From Bacteroidia bacterium (GTDB lineage Bacteria > Bacteroidota > Bacteroidia > B-17B0 > Aurantibacillaceae), in NCBI GenBank assembly GCA_044229885.1, contig JBGASD010000004.1, positions 475,650-539,649 of the forward strand: a stretch of 64,000 nucleotides of DNA, written 5' to 3'. Shown here in pieces: positions 54,671 to 64,000 of the stretch. The notes under the pieces are model-generated. The model ran no database searches, had not been told where the DNA came from, and saw only the letters and a list, made by a program, of their open reading frames with translations. Positions within the stretch are counted from its first letter, which is position 1. Every line of letters begins with the position of its first letter. The translations under genes and the position numbers were made by a program.

Positions 54671-55531
54671 TCAGGGTGTTTTAGGAATAATAATTGTATC
54701 GTAAGCCGGTGCATAACCAACAAAAGCGCCAAATACATCCTGGTTGCCTTCAAACATGCTTTTAATATTGGATGGTGCACTAAATGGATTGCTATTACTG
54801 GTTTTATTTTGATAATAAGTGTTCCAAAAATCATATTCTTTTCTTCCGATCTTACATAATTTTACAACAACCGTATCGCCACGTTTAAAGTAACCTCTTT
54901 CAGGATCATCCCTGTATTCTTGAATTGCATTAGGTTGTGGGCCTCTGTCGTATGAAAAATCAAATGTTTTTCCATCAATGAATTTATCTTCAAATACCGA
55001 AAAGAAAGGCGCTGCGTAATAAACATCTCTTCCCAAACGTTTGGCGTACCAGCGATAGCAATCTCCCGAGCCTAGTGGTTCAGAAAAAGTTTGCCACATT
55101 AATCCTAAAGTGTCTTGCTCTCCTTTAAAAAATAAGCTATCTAATTTTGCAGGATTTAAAATAGCAGTACTTGTTTCATAAGTTTTGCCTGCAACTGTTA
55201 CTTTTATAGTATAGGTTTTACCTTGCTGGCCAATTAATTTAAGGCCCAAATATAAATAACCTGTATTTGGATCTACTTCCTTTAAAGTATCAATAGTTGT
55301 TCCATCAGTAACTGTTACAAACGCGCCTTTAATAAAACTTTTTTCAGGTGCAGTATAATCAAAATCTCCAAAGTAAGGAACAGAGTAGGAGAGAAAAACA
55401 ACAGCGGGACTACCGGTTTCTATTGCAGCTTCAACCACTACTTTTTGTTTGTATTCGGGCAATTTTAATTTTACTTCTTTTCTGCAAGAAAAAAGTATCA
55501 ATACAATAAATATGTAAATATAGTGTTTCAT
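54671..55531 (-). CDS. DUF4249-like lipoprotein, partner of the upstream TonB-dependent receptor
   Basis: 286 aa. Lipoprotein signal ILFSC. The start overlaps the receptor stop (TAATG). The family call rests on this arrangement and on memory. Confidence 0.55.
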   Translation of the reverse strand: MKHYIYIFIVLILFSCRKEVKLKLPEYKQKVVVEAAIETGSPAVVFLSYSVPYFGDFDYTAPEKSFIKGAFVTVTDGTTIDTLKEVDPNTGYLYLGLKLIGQQGKTYTIKVTVAGKTYETSTAILNPAKLDSLFFKGEQDTLGLMWQTFSEPLGSGDCYRWYAKRLGRDVYYAAPFFSVFEDKFIDGKTFDFSYDRGPQPNAIQEYRDDPERGYFKRGDTVVVKLCKIGRKEYDFWNTYYQNKTSNSNPFSAPSNIKSMFEGNQDVFGAFVGYAPAYDTIIIPKTP

Positions 55532-57972
55532 TAAAATTTAAAGTTCCATGTTAAGCTCGGTAATATTGGAAACAACGATACTTGTTTAGCGCCAACTTTC
55601 AAAGTTCCTTTTGTAAAATCACCTTCACGTGTTAAATAAATAAAGTACGGGTTATAACGGTTATATACATTAAACAAACTTAAGGTAAAACTGTTGCTGA
55701 AATTTTTTGCCCATTTTTTTGTAACTACGATATTGGTAGTGTCTTTTCCTTCCGCTTTATACTGTTCGATCAATACCTGTTTTCTTTTTTCTAATTTTTT
55801 TTGCCTGTCAGGAGAAAAAGTTACGTTAAGATCCATACGGTGATAAGGAATGAACTGATATGAATTTCTTAAACCGTAATCGTTACTTAAGCTGCCTTCA
55901 TACAAAAAGAAACCATTGGGCAAAGTGCCACGGTTGCCTGATCCGTAAACCCAAACCATGCCAAAGTTCCATCTTTTATTTGCATCGTAGGTTAATACTA
56001 CCGAAGCATCATGTCTTCTATCATACTTTGCTAAAAATTTCTCTCCGTAATTTATTTCTTTAAATTGTCTCCACGTCCACGAAAGTGTATATCCGATCCA
56101 TCCTGTAAATTTTCCAACACTTTTCTTTACAAAAAATTCGGCGCCATAGGCCCAGCCTTTTCCAAACTTAAATGCATTATCTGGGTTATCGAAAACATTA
56201 TCTGCTGGTTGCGCGCCTTCTTTATATTCAATTTGATTGCTCATTGTTTTGTAATACACTTCTACACTGGTTTCGAACATATTGTCTTTAAAATTTTTAA
56301 AGAAACCAAAAGCATATTGATTCGATTCTTGTGGTTTAATAACTTCTGTGCAAGGCATCCAAACATCCGTTGGTAAACTAACGGAGGATATAGATGCCAA
56401 ATGGATGTATTGAAAATTTCGTGTATAAGAAGCTTTTAAAGAAGCGCTGGGCGTTAATGAATAACGTGCAGAGAATCTTGGCTCCAGGCCGTTATAGTTA
56501 GCAACTATTTCATTTGTTTTATAAGTAACGGTATCGTTTATTTTTCCAAAAGCATCTTTTTTATAACGTGTAAAAGGGCCAACCTGTGTAAAATTTCCAA
56601 AGCGCAAACCTGCATTTATTTTAAAATTCTGCGAAATATCCCAATCATCGCTCACATAAATTGCAGCATCATGAGCATACAATTTTATTGTTTTACCAAG
56701 ATCAAAAGTAGTTTCACCTTGCTTGGCACTGACACTTGTTGGGACAAAAACATGAAAAATATAATTAGCACCCACTTTTATATTATGACGCGAATTAGGA
56801 AAAAAATTAAGATCGTATTTTAAATTATAATCGGTAATACCTGATTTTATGATCACTTCAAAATCATCCTGCACAGCACCAAAACTAAAATCGTAATTTG
56901 TAAATACTGCCGACATGTTTGAGAATACTTTGGAATTAAAAATATGATTCCATCTTAAGCAGCCCGATGCATTGCCCCACGGGATTTTGGTTTTAAAATC
57001 ACCTTCTACATCTGTAAATAAGAATTTATCTCTTCCATAATAACCACTTAAGAACAAACGATTTTTCTCGTTGATGTTATAATTTAGTTTTGCATTGAGA
57101 TCATAAAAAAAATAAGAGGTGCCTTTAAAGTCAGATTTTTCTATCCATGGTTTTGCCAATACATCCACATAAGTACGGCGCCCACTAATTATAAAAGAGC
57201 CCTTATTTTTTACAATAGGCCCTTGAATGGTAAGTCGTGATGCAATTACACCAATGCCTCCTTCCACCTGAAAATTTTGATTGTTACCATCTTTCATGCT
57301 GATATCCAAAACTGATGATAAACGGCCGCCATATTGCGCGGGCATACCGCCTTTAATGAGATTTACATTTTTGATAGCATCCCCATTAAATACTGAAAAA
57401 AAACCAAGTAAATGAGATGCATTGTAAATAGGGGCTTCATCCAATAAAATCAAATTCTGATCCGGCCCGCCACCACGCACATAAAAACCGGTATTACCAT
57501 CGCCTGCATTTTTTACACCGGGTAAAAGTTGTATGGTCTTTAAAATATCAACTTCGCCCATAAAGGCGGGGATCTTTTTTATCTCTGCCATATCTAATTG
57601 CACGCTGCTCATTTGCGTATTCTTTACATTTTGATCGGCCGCTTTGGTGGTGACTTCTATTTCGTTTAAGTTGGTTTCGGCTAACGACAAAGAAATGTTA
57701 AGTGTTGTGTTCTTATCCAGATCCAACTCTTGTGTAATTGTTTTATAACCTATATATGAAATAATTAAGGTGTACTTTGCTTTTGGTGCTGATATAGAAA
57801 AAAAACCATATTGATTTGTAGATGCAACTTTATTAACTTCTTTTAAAAGAACAGTTGCTCCAATAACCGTTTCTCCGTTTGAAGCATCTTTTATACTTCC
57901 TCCAACCGAAAAATTTTGGGAGAAAATACTACATGCAAGCAGTATTAAAATTAATATGAGATAATTTCTCAA
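55531..57972 (-). CDS. TonB-dependent receptor with an N-terminal carboxypeptidase-regulatory-like domain
   Basis: 813 aa with a TTG start. Carries GSIKDASNGETVIGATVLL and a plug region (FYVRGGGPDQNLILLDEAPIYN). The terminal residue is aromatic (NFKF). Confidence 0.85.
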   Translation of the reverse strand: MRNYLILILILLACSIFSQNFSVGGSIKDASNGETVIGATVLLKEVNKVASTNQYGFFSISAPKAKYTLIISYIGYKTITQELDLDKNTTLNISLSLAETNLNEIEVTTKAADQNVKNTQMSSVQLDMAEIKKIPAFMGEVDILKTIQLLPGVKNAGDGNTGFYVRGGGPDQNLILLDEAPIYNASHLLGFFSVFNGDAIKNVNLIKGGMPAQYGGRLSSVLDISMKDGNNQNFQVEGGIGVIASRLTIQGPIVKNKGSFIISGRRTYVDVLAKPWIEKSDFKGTSYFFYDLNAKLNYNINEKNRLFLSGYYGRDKFLFTDVEGDFKTKIPWGNASGCLRWNHIFNSKVFSNMSAVFTNYDFSFGAVQDDFEVIIKSGITDYNLKYDLNFFPNSRHNIKVGANYIFHVFVPTSVSAKQGETTFDLGKTIKLYAHDAAIYVSDDWDISQNFKINAGLRFGNFTQVGPFTRYKKDAFGKINDTVTYKTNEIVANYNGLEPRFSARYSLTPSASLKASYTRNFQYIHLASISSVSLPTDVWMPCTEVIKPQESNQYAFGFFKNFKDNMFETSVEVYYKTMSNQIEYKEGAQPADNVFDNPDNAFKFGKGWAYGAEFFVKKSVGKFTGWIGYTLSWTWRQFKEINYGEKFLAKYDRRHDASVVLTYDANKRWNFGMVWVYGSGNRGTLPNGFFLYEGSLSNDYGLRNSYQFIPYHRMDLNVTFSPDRQKKLEKRKQVLIEQYKAEGKDTTNIVVTKKWAKNFSNSFTLSLFNVYNRYNPYFIYLTREGDFTKGTLKVGAKQVSLFPILPSLTWNFKF

Positions 57973-58076
57973 AGCCTTGTAAAAATAGCAAATTACAAGG
58001 GTTTAATAAAAATATAAATGCCTCAAAGATGTTAATTAGTCTAAAGACTGATTGGTGTTATGAAATGGCTTAAAAT

Positions 58077-59441
58077 TTAAATCTTTAATTCTTTAGCTAA
58101 AGAGGCAAAATCAACACCATCAAAATTACCGCTGCTCATCATTAAAAGCACTTTATTGTTCCATTCTTTTGCTTTTAAATAAGTAATTACGTCTGCACTT
58201 TTTGTAAAAACCTTCAGATCATTACGGTTAAAGGCTTTATGAACCTGCTCTTCGGTGATCTCTTTTAATTTTTTATGAGCAATGGTATGTGGGTTAAAAT
58301 AAACAATGGCTTCATCTGCAAGATCCATTGAACCCTTATATTCATTTAAAAATTCTTCGTTCAAACTGCTAAATGTATGAAGCTCCATACAAGCAACAAT
58401 GTAGCGATCGGTAAATTGTTTTTTTACGGCATCGGTGGTAGCTTTTAATTTAGAAGGTGAGTGCGCAAAATCTTTATAAAAATTAAAACTATTTTCTTTA
58501 TAAACTAACTCTAATCGTTTTGCAGCACCTTTAAAGGATTGTATGGCTTCGTAAAATTGCTCATCGCTTAAGCCAATAGTATTACAAACCATTCTTGCAC
58601 CATTTAAATTCATTAAATTATGGTTACCAAATATTTGTAATGGAATTTTTTTATCATTTGCTAATAGGTAAGTTGTGCCGGCTTTAATTTCATTTTGAGG
58701 AATAGAATAGGGCATTTTTGTAATATTCTTATTTTCTGCATTTTTACAGCAGGCATCTAAAACCTTATCTTCCGAACAATAAATTAATGTGCCTTTTGGC
58801 TCTATAAGATTTATAAATTTTGTGAACTGCTCAACATAATTTTCAAAGGTTGGAAACACATTTATATGATCCCAGGCAATGCCACTTAAAATAGCAATGT
58901 TAGGTTTGTATAAATGAAATTTAGGTCTCCGATCAATGGGTGAGGCCAAATATTCATCGCCTTCAATAACTGCAAATTTAGAAGTGTTTGTTAAATTTAC
59001 CATTGTATCAAATCCAGCTAGTTGAGCACCAACTAAAAAATCGGTTTCTATTTTATGAAAATGCATTACATGCAATATCATTGCCGTAATAGTTGTTTTT
59101 CCATGGCTACCACCAATAACAATACGGGTTTTATTTTTAGTTGCTTCGTAAATATATTCGGGATATGAATATATTTTTAAGCCTAATTCTTTTGCACGTA
59201 TTAATTCCGGATTATCAGCTCTGGCATGCATACCAAGTATTATCGCATTAATATCACTTGTTATTTTTTCAGGAAACCAACCGATCTCCGCAGGTAAGAT
59301 ACCTGCTTTTGCCAATCTGCTTTTGCTTGGTTCATTTATCTCATCATCACTGCCTGTAACTTTAAATCCTTTTTCATTTAAGGCTAATGCCATGTTATGC
59401 ATGGCGCTTCCGCCAATAGCAATTAAGTGAACTTTTTCCAT
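58077..59441 (-). CDS. mpl: UDP-N-acetylmuramate:L-alanyl-gamma-D-glutamyl-meso-diaminopimelate ligase (Mur ligase family)
   Basis: 454 aa. The N-terminus VHLIAIGGSAMHNMALALNEKGFKVTGSDD and the P-loop GGSHGKTTITAMI fit Mpl. Confidence 0.8.
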   Translation of the reverse strand: MEKVHLIAIGGSAMHNMALALNEKGFKVTGSDDEINEPSKSRLAKAGILPAEIGWFPEKITSDINAIILGMHARADNPELIRAKELGLKIYSYPEYIYEATKNKTRIVIGGSHGKTTITAMILHVMHFHKIETDFLVGAQLAGFDTMVNLTNTSKFAVIEGDEYLASPIDRRPKFHLYKPNIAILSGIAWDHINVFPTFENYVEQFTKFINLIEPKGTLIYCSEDKVLDACCKNAENKNITKMPYSIPQNEIKAGTTYLLANDKKIPLQIFGNHNLMNLNGARMVCNTIGLSDEQFYEAIQSFKGAAKRLELVYKENSFNFYKDFAHSPSKLKATTDAVKKQFTDRYIVACMELHTFSSLNEEFLNEYKGSMDLADEAIVYFNPHTIAHKKLKEITEEQVHKAFNRNDLKVFTKSADVITYLKAKEWNNKVLLMMSSGNFDGVDFASLAKELKI

Positions 59442-59543
59442 AGCATAAAGAAAGTGCTTTGGCTTTGTAATTTTTGTGATAAACTAAACATATTATACAC
59501 ATAAAATTGTTTATCTTGTAAGCCTATTAAAAAGCAAAATATT

Positions 59544-60377
59544 ATGCAAAAAAAGATCGTTAAAGTTGGAAATATAGAATGTGGTTCTAAAGAATTGTTT
59601 TTGATCTCGGGCCCTTGTGTTATTGAGGACGAAAGTATTATGATGAAAACTGCCGAGAAGCTGAAAGAAGTTGGTGAGCGTTTAAAGATTAAGATCATTT
59701 ATAAATCAAGTTTTTTAAAAGATAACCGTAGTAGCTTAAAATATTATGATGGGCCGGGTTTAGAAAAAGGAATGAAAATTCTTGCTAAAGTAAAAGAGCA
59801 GTTTGGTTTTCCGTTACTAACTGATATTCATGAAAGTTACCAGGCAGCCATTGCGGGAGAAGTGTGTGATGTATTACAAATACCTGCCTATTTGTGCATG
59901 CAAAGCTCTTTATTGGTTGCTGCTGCAAAAACAGGTAAGGTTGTAAATATTAAACACGGTCAGTTTCTAGCGCCAGATAATATGAAACATCCGTTACAAA
60001 AATGTATTGACGCCGGAAATGATAATGTAATATTAACCGAGCGTGGTTATGTTTTTGGATATAACGATCTGATCGTTGATCCGCGCAGTTTCTTTCACAT
60101 GAATAATTTAGGATATCCCGTTGTATTTGATGTAACGCATTGTGTGCGCAAATATGGTATACCAAGCGCAGATGCAAAAGGCGGAGCAAGAGAATTTTTA
60201 CCGGTTTTAAGTAGAGCAGGAGTGGCTAGTGGTATTGATGGCATGTTTATTGAAACGCATCCTGAGCCTTCTACGGCCTTATGTGACGCGGCTTCGCAAC
60301 TATGTGTTTATGACCTTGAAGAGTTCTTAAAACCAATTATTGAAATTCATAACGTAGTTAGAAAATACGATATTTAA
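59544..60377 (+). CDS. kdsA: 3-deoxy-8-phosphooctulonate (KDO8P) synthase, Cys-containing metal-dependent type
   Basis: 277 aa. Carries ISGPCVIE (Cys where non-metal enzymes have Asn), YKSSFLKDNRSS, LTDIHE and IKHGQF. Confidence 0.9.
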   Translation: MQKKIVKVGNIECGSKELFLISGPCVIEDESIMMKTAEKLKEVGERLKIKIIYKSSFLKDNRSSLKYYDGPGLEKGMKILAKVKEQFGFPLLTDIHESYQAAIAGEVCDVLQIPAYLCMQSSLLVAAAKTGKVVNIKHGQFLAPDNMKHPLQKCIDAGNDNVILTERGYVFGYNDLIVDPRSFFHMNNLGYPVVFDVTHCVRKYGIPSADAKGGAREFLPVLSRAGVASGIDGMFIETHPEPSTALCDAASQLCVYDLEEFLKPIIEIHNVVRKYDI

Positions 60378-60392
60378 TTTTAAAACAATTAC

Positions 60393-60432
60393 AAAAAGCC
60401 ACATAGTTTTTATAGCTATGTGGCTTTTTTTT
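60393..60432. terminator. Bidirectional rho-independent terminator
   Basis: Stem GCCACATAG (60398-60406) pairs with CTATGTGGC (60416-60424). It is flanked by an A5 run and a T8 run, between convergent kdsA and a GT4 gene. Confidence 0.8.
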
Positions 60433-61522
60433 ACGTCATTTCAAAATACAGCTGCTCCATTTCATTAAGATTCTTATTCCAGCTAAATTTTTCGGTAATG
60501 CGTTTAAATGCATTATTAGCCAAAATATTTCTTAACTCATAATTCATTAAATATTTTTCCATTGCCATGCCAATATCGTAGGGCGATGTTGAACGGGTTA
60601 TCAAGCCAATACTTTCATCCGGTATAAGATCTTTAAAACCTTCTACATCACTTACTATTACAGGTATCTGGCAGGCCATAGCTTCTGCAACGCTTACACC
60701 AAAACTTTCGGTCTCTGAAACGTTTACCAAAACATCCATTGTATTTAAATATTCCGGTATTTGATCGTGGACAACAAAACCTATCATATCAATATTATTT
60801 TGTAAGCCGTAATAGTTTATCAATTCATTAAGATTTTCTTTTTGACTTCCATCACCAACTATTTTTAATTTTAATGGCAGATTAGGATATCTTTTAACTA
60901 AAGAATAAAAAGCAATTATAGTTTTATCGATATTATAAATAGGCTCCAGATTTTTTACAACGCCAAAAACAAAATCATTATTTACAGAAACAGAATGATC
61001 TGCATAGAACATATTTAAGTTTACGCCAAACGGAATAATATGAACTTGTTTTTTTGTGTATTGAGAAATTTCTTTTTTTAATACGGTAGATGTTACGCAG
61101 ATCTTTTTTGCTCTTAATAAAATAAATTTAATTACCAGCTTATTCAAAAAACTTTTTTTTGGAAAGTCCATTACATCACTGCCCCAGGCCGAAACAATAA
61201 AAGGTTTAAAAAATGTAAGTGCACCTAGCAGTCCGTAGCTTGACGCATAATGCGAATGAATAACCTGTGGTTTGAATTTATAGATCTGATAAATTAATTT
61301 TGGCCATAGTAATAAATAAGCCAGTTTATTTAATAAAGTTAATGCTGCTTTTGTTTGTTTTTTATTTAAGCATACAATGTTTTTATTATTGTTGAACCAA
61401 TCACTATCTGAGCTGTTGAAAGAAAATATACCAATAGTAAAATTATCGTTTGCAAGGCCAAGTACCCATTTTTGGGTATGCGTAGAATTAATATCTGCCA
61501 AAATTAATATGCGTGGAACCAT
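60431..61522 (-). CDS. Glycosyltransferase family 4
   Basis: 363 aa. ESFGVSVAEAMACQIPVIVSDVEGFKDLI is the E-x7-E region. Confidence 0.8.
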   Translation of the reverse strand: MVPRILILADINSTHTQKWVLGLANDNFTIGIFSFNSSDSDWFNNNKNIVCLNKKQTKAALTLLNKLAYLLLWPKLIYQIYKFKPQVIHSHYASSYGLLGALTFFKPFIVSAWGSDVMDFPKKSFLNKLVIKFILLRAKKICVTSTVLKKEISQYTKKQVHIIPFGVNLNMFYADHSVSVNNDFVFGVVKNLEPIYNIDKTIIAFYSLVKRYPNLPLKLKIVGDGSQKENLNELINYYGLQNNIDMIGFVVHDQIPEYLNTMDVLVNVSETESFGVSVAEAMACQIPVIVSDVEGFKDLIPDESIGLITRSTSPYDIGMAMEKYLMNYELRNILANNAFKRITEKFSWNKNLNEMEQLYFEMT

Positions 61523-61598
61523 GAGTGCTTTACTGAATTTTTCAGTAGGACTGCAAAGCTCTCAAAAAGTTTAATCCACAAATTAAAATTAACAGAAA

Positions 61599-62729
61599 TT
61601 AATTTTTGTTCCTGAAAAAATAAATGATCGCCCCTACAACTGCCACACAAGCAAGACTAAAGAAGAAGATCTTCCAGGCGCTGTAAGGTCTTTCGCCTTG
61701 AACTTCACCGGTACGAGCATTAATAGTAAAACGATAAACTTTATCATTGTATCGATAAGCACTTATCCAAAGCGGTAATAAAATGTGTTTAAAAGAAATA
61801 TCGTTGTATTGTGTATTGATAGCATCTATTTGCTGCGTATCACCACCAATATCAGAATTAACTGCACTGCGAATAATTGGTTGCATGCGTTCTTTTGCTT
61901 CTTCAAAACCTGGTTTTAATTCTGTTTGATAACTTTCAGTAACAAAACCCGCAAGGTATTGATCGTTATAACCCACTAATTCCGGCAGATCCCATGGTTC
62001 AAGATCTTGTACTAATTTTTTTGGTAATGAATGTGAAGCGCATACTAAAATATCATCAAAGGCATTATGTACAGTACCACTAACCGGATACCAATTAGTA
62101 TGACGTACCTGACGTGTTTGTGTTTTTCCCTGGCTATCGCGATAGGTTTCGGTAACATAATAATAAACACCACGTTGCCCTCTGTAATTACTAATTGTGT
62201 TGGTATCGTAGGTCCAATATGGCATGTAAACACCTTTTAATTTTTCGAGGCTATTTTGCGCGTACATTTTTAATTTACTTGGCGCAAACCATAAGCCGCC
62301 TACCCATTTTATAAAGCCTTCTTTTGCATTTTTTCTTTCGATCTTAAATGGCAGTAAATATTTAGGTTTTATGATAGAGCAGGTAGATGCGTTTTTTACA
62401 ACCAAGGCTGTATCACAATAAGGGCAATTACTTGAAGTAACATTTGGCGGCAGTGTAGTGGAGGAGCCACAACTATCGCACTTGACCGTTGAAATAGTTT
62501 GTTTTTCTGAAGAGGAAACATTGTTCTCTAAAAAACTATTATAATCATTCTCTGTTATCTCTGTTTTTTCTGAAACGATCTCATTTTGAGTCTGGCAATA
62601 GCCACAGGTAAGGTTTTGCGTGCCCGGTTTAAAACTTAAATTAGCACCACAGTTTTTACATTTAATTGTACCTGCGGTTTCTGCGGTTGGTTCAAAAGTT
62701 TGTTCGCTCATAAGTAAGAGTTTGATCAC
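61599..62729 (-). CDS. Tail-anchored protein with two N-terminal CxxC-x14-CxxC zinc ribbons, function unknown
   Basis: 376 aa. The ribbons are CKNC-x14-CGYC and CDSC-x14-CPYC. A ~230-aa conserved-looking soluble domain follows, then a single C-terminal TM (IFFFSLACVAVVGAIIYFF). The likely start is the ATG at 62711 (MSEQ). Confidence 0.55.
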   Translation of the reverse strand: MIKLLLMSEQTFEPTAETAGTIKCKNCGANLSFKPGTQNLTCGYCQTQNEIVSEKTEITENDYNSFLENNVSSSEKQTISTVKCDSCGSSTTLPPNVTSSNCPYCDTALVVKNASTCSIIKPKYLLPFKIERKNAKEGFIKWVGGLWFAPSKLKMYAQNSLEKLKGVYMPYWTYDTNTISNYRGQRGVYYYVTETYRDSQGKTQTRQVRHTNWYPVSGTVHNAFDDILVCASHSLPKKLVQDLEPWDLPELVGYNDQYLAGFVTESYQTELKPGFEEAKERMQPIIRSAVNSDIGGDTQQIDAINTQYNDISFKHILLPLWISAYRYNDKVYRFTINARTGEVQGERPYSAWKIFFFSLACVAVVGAIIYFFRNKN

Positions 62730-62806
62730 TTAAATTAAAACAAATTAAATCAATATTTAAAATATTTTTTTTAACTGTTAATTTTTAGAGAGGACAATGC
62801 TATTTG

Positions 62807-63715
62807 CTAAAGCATTTTATTTCTTTTTACAAGGTAGGTGTAAAGAATATTATCAAAACCTTTATTGATATCGGCTTCTACAAAATCTATTTTATATTGT
62901 CCGCATTTTAACTTTAAAAGATCTTTATATTGATTAATGGATTGTTGGTATTGCTCTTTGATCTGGCTGGGATTTAATTTGATCTCTTCACCGCTTTCAA
63001 GATCGATAAAGTGATAAGGTTTGTTCTCAAATTCAAAATCAATTTCTTTAGCTTTATCTACCACATGAAATAAAACAACTTCGTGCTTGCGGTATTTTAA
63101 ATGCTGTAAGGCAGAAAACAACTCTTCATTCTCTGAATTATCTTCAAACATATCACTAAAAATGATCACTAATGAACGTTGATGAATGATCTCTGCAATT
63201 TGATTAAGTGTTTTAGCAGCAGAAGTGTTTTTACTTTCAAAGCTTTTTTCCAAAACTTCTTCAAGTGTGTTGTAAATTAATTTTTGATGAGATGGGCTGC
63301 CTTTTGGTGCAAAATGTTTTACGATCTCATTCTCAAATAAGGTAAGGCCAAAGGCATCACGTTGCTGTTTTAATAATTCACAAAGTGCAGCAGCGGCATA
63401 AACACTAAAATTAAGCTTATTATTTTCTACATCTTTAGGAAACTGCATACTGGCCGAAACATCCAGTACTATCTGGCAGCGAAGGTTAGTTTCTTCCTCG
63501 TAACGTTTTACAAAAAGCTTGTTCGATCTCGCAAATAACTTCCAATCAATATGCCTTGTGCTTTCGCCTGTGTTGTAAAGTCTGTGCTCGGCAAATTCAA
63601 CCGAGAAGCCATGAAAAGGGCTTTTATGCATACCGGTAATGAAGCCTTCAACCACCTTTTTTGCAAAAAGTTCAAGTTTCTTAAAAGGCTCTATTTTCAG
63701 GCGGTTTATTGGCAT
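62807..63715 (-). CDS. DUF58 (vWA-like) domain protein
   Basis: 302 aa. GMHKSPFHGFSVEFAEHRLYNTGESTRHIDWKLFARSNKLFVKRYEEE and VLDVSASM are the DUF58 hallmark region. Confidence 0.8.
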   Translation of the reverse strand: MPINRLKIEPFKKLELFAKKVVEGFITGMHKSPFHGFSVEFAEHRLYNTGESTRHIDWKLFARSNKLFVKRYEEETNLRCQIVLDVSASMQFPKDVENNKLNFSVYAAAALCELLKQQRDAFGLTLFENEIVKHFAPKGSPSHQKLIYNTLEEVLEKSFESKNTSAAKTLNQIAEIIHQRSLVIIFSDMFEDNSENEELFSALQHLKYRKHEVVLFHVVDKAKEIDFEFENKPYHFIDLESGEEIKLNPSQIKEQYQQSINQYKDLLKLKCGQYKIDFVEADINKGFDNILYTYLVKRNKML

Positions 63716-63816
63716 TGTTGTGTTGGTAAATTTACCTTCATTTTTTTGTTAATTTATGTAAAATGTCAATTTTTTTTGTATATTCGTAAAATTAATAACT
63801 TTTCAGAGGTAAGTCT

Positions 63817-64000
63817 ATGACAAAATATCTATTTGTATTTGTTTTCTTTTTTGTTTTTTTAGTTAAGCCAAAGGCACAAATAGATACCAGCTTTTGGTTT
63901 GTTGCGCCAAAAGTACCGGCAGCAGTAGGGGTTAATACTATTGGTTTGCAAATAGGCTCTTATAACCAGGCAGTTACTGTGCATGTAACACAACCTGCAA
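63817..64000 (+). CDS. Secreted protein, 5' partial (runs off the window end)
   Basis: My own translation from the ATG at 63817 gives MTKYLFVFVFFFVFLVKPKAQIDTSFWFVAPK... This has a clear signal peptide and no stop before 64000. It is not in the ORF track because it is open-ended. Confidence 0.5.
   Translation, partial: MTKYLFVFVFFFVFLVKPKAQIDTSFWFVAPKVPAAVGVNTIGLQIGSYNQAVTVHVTQPA

Noticed and set aside
57975-58000. Hairpin CCTTGTAA-N10-TTACAAGG between mpl and the TonB-dependent receptor gene
   Set aside because: It could be the mpl terminator or a 5'-UTR structure, but only three T residues follow it on the minus strand and it abuts the receptor start codon. Not confident enough to list as a feature.
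1-64000. Search for tRNA, rRNA, transposase, integrase, restriction-modification, toxin-antitoxin or known phage-defence genes
   Set aside because: None of the intergenic gaps (all 270 bp or shorter) showed tRNA-like cloverleaf features that I could recognise. None of the ORF translations carried nuclease, helicase, recombinase or transposase motifs. By eye the window does not look like a mobile or defence island.

Overview
AT-rich (about one-third G+C by eye), densely coding chromosomal segment that looks like Bacteroidota. The lineage call rests on three type IX secretion (T9SS) cargo proteins, a CarboxypepD_reg-type TonB-dependent receptor paired with a DUF4249-like lipoprotein, and several TAnnTTTG primary-sigma -7 boxes. 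I support about 66 protein-coding genes, nearly all from the ORF track. I saw no rRNA, tRNA, CRISPR array, transposase, integrase or recognisable phage or defence gene. Content is mostly housekeeping (tilS, cdsA, kmo, carB, pyrE, kdsA, mpl, rsmE, acpH, hemJ, cbpA/cbpM). This is interleaved with cell-envelope and glycan genes at about 23-38.5 kb and 59.5-61.5 kb: glycosyltransferases, methyltransferases, a Wzx-like flippase, an LptF/G-like permease and an OstA-like protein. No canonical novel system is obvious. The best candidates for undescribed biology are: (1) a tightly packed 8-gene operon (71-6080) with a winged-helix (wHTH) regulator, five uncharacterised polytopic membrane proteins, a Coq4-family protein with an intact HDxxH-x11-E motif and a DgkA-family lipid kinase; (2) an ECF sigma/anti-sigma module whose promoter motif is repeated almost exactly upstream of a DUF2807/beta-barrel outer-membrane protein; (3) an ATP-grasp::LMW-phosphotyrosine-phosphatase fusion in the glycan locus; (4) a tail-anchored double zinc-ribbon protein next to a DUF58 gene with no MoxR ATPase gene adjacent; (5) an LptF/G-GT4-GT2-OstA operon joined by three consecutive 8-nt start/stop overlaps. 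All family assignments come from reading motifs in the translations and recalling families, not from database searches.
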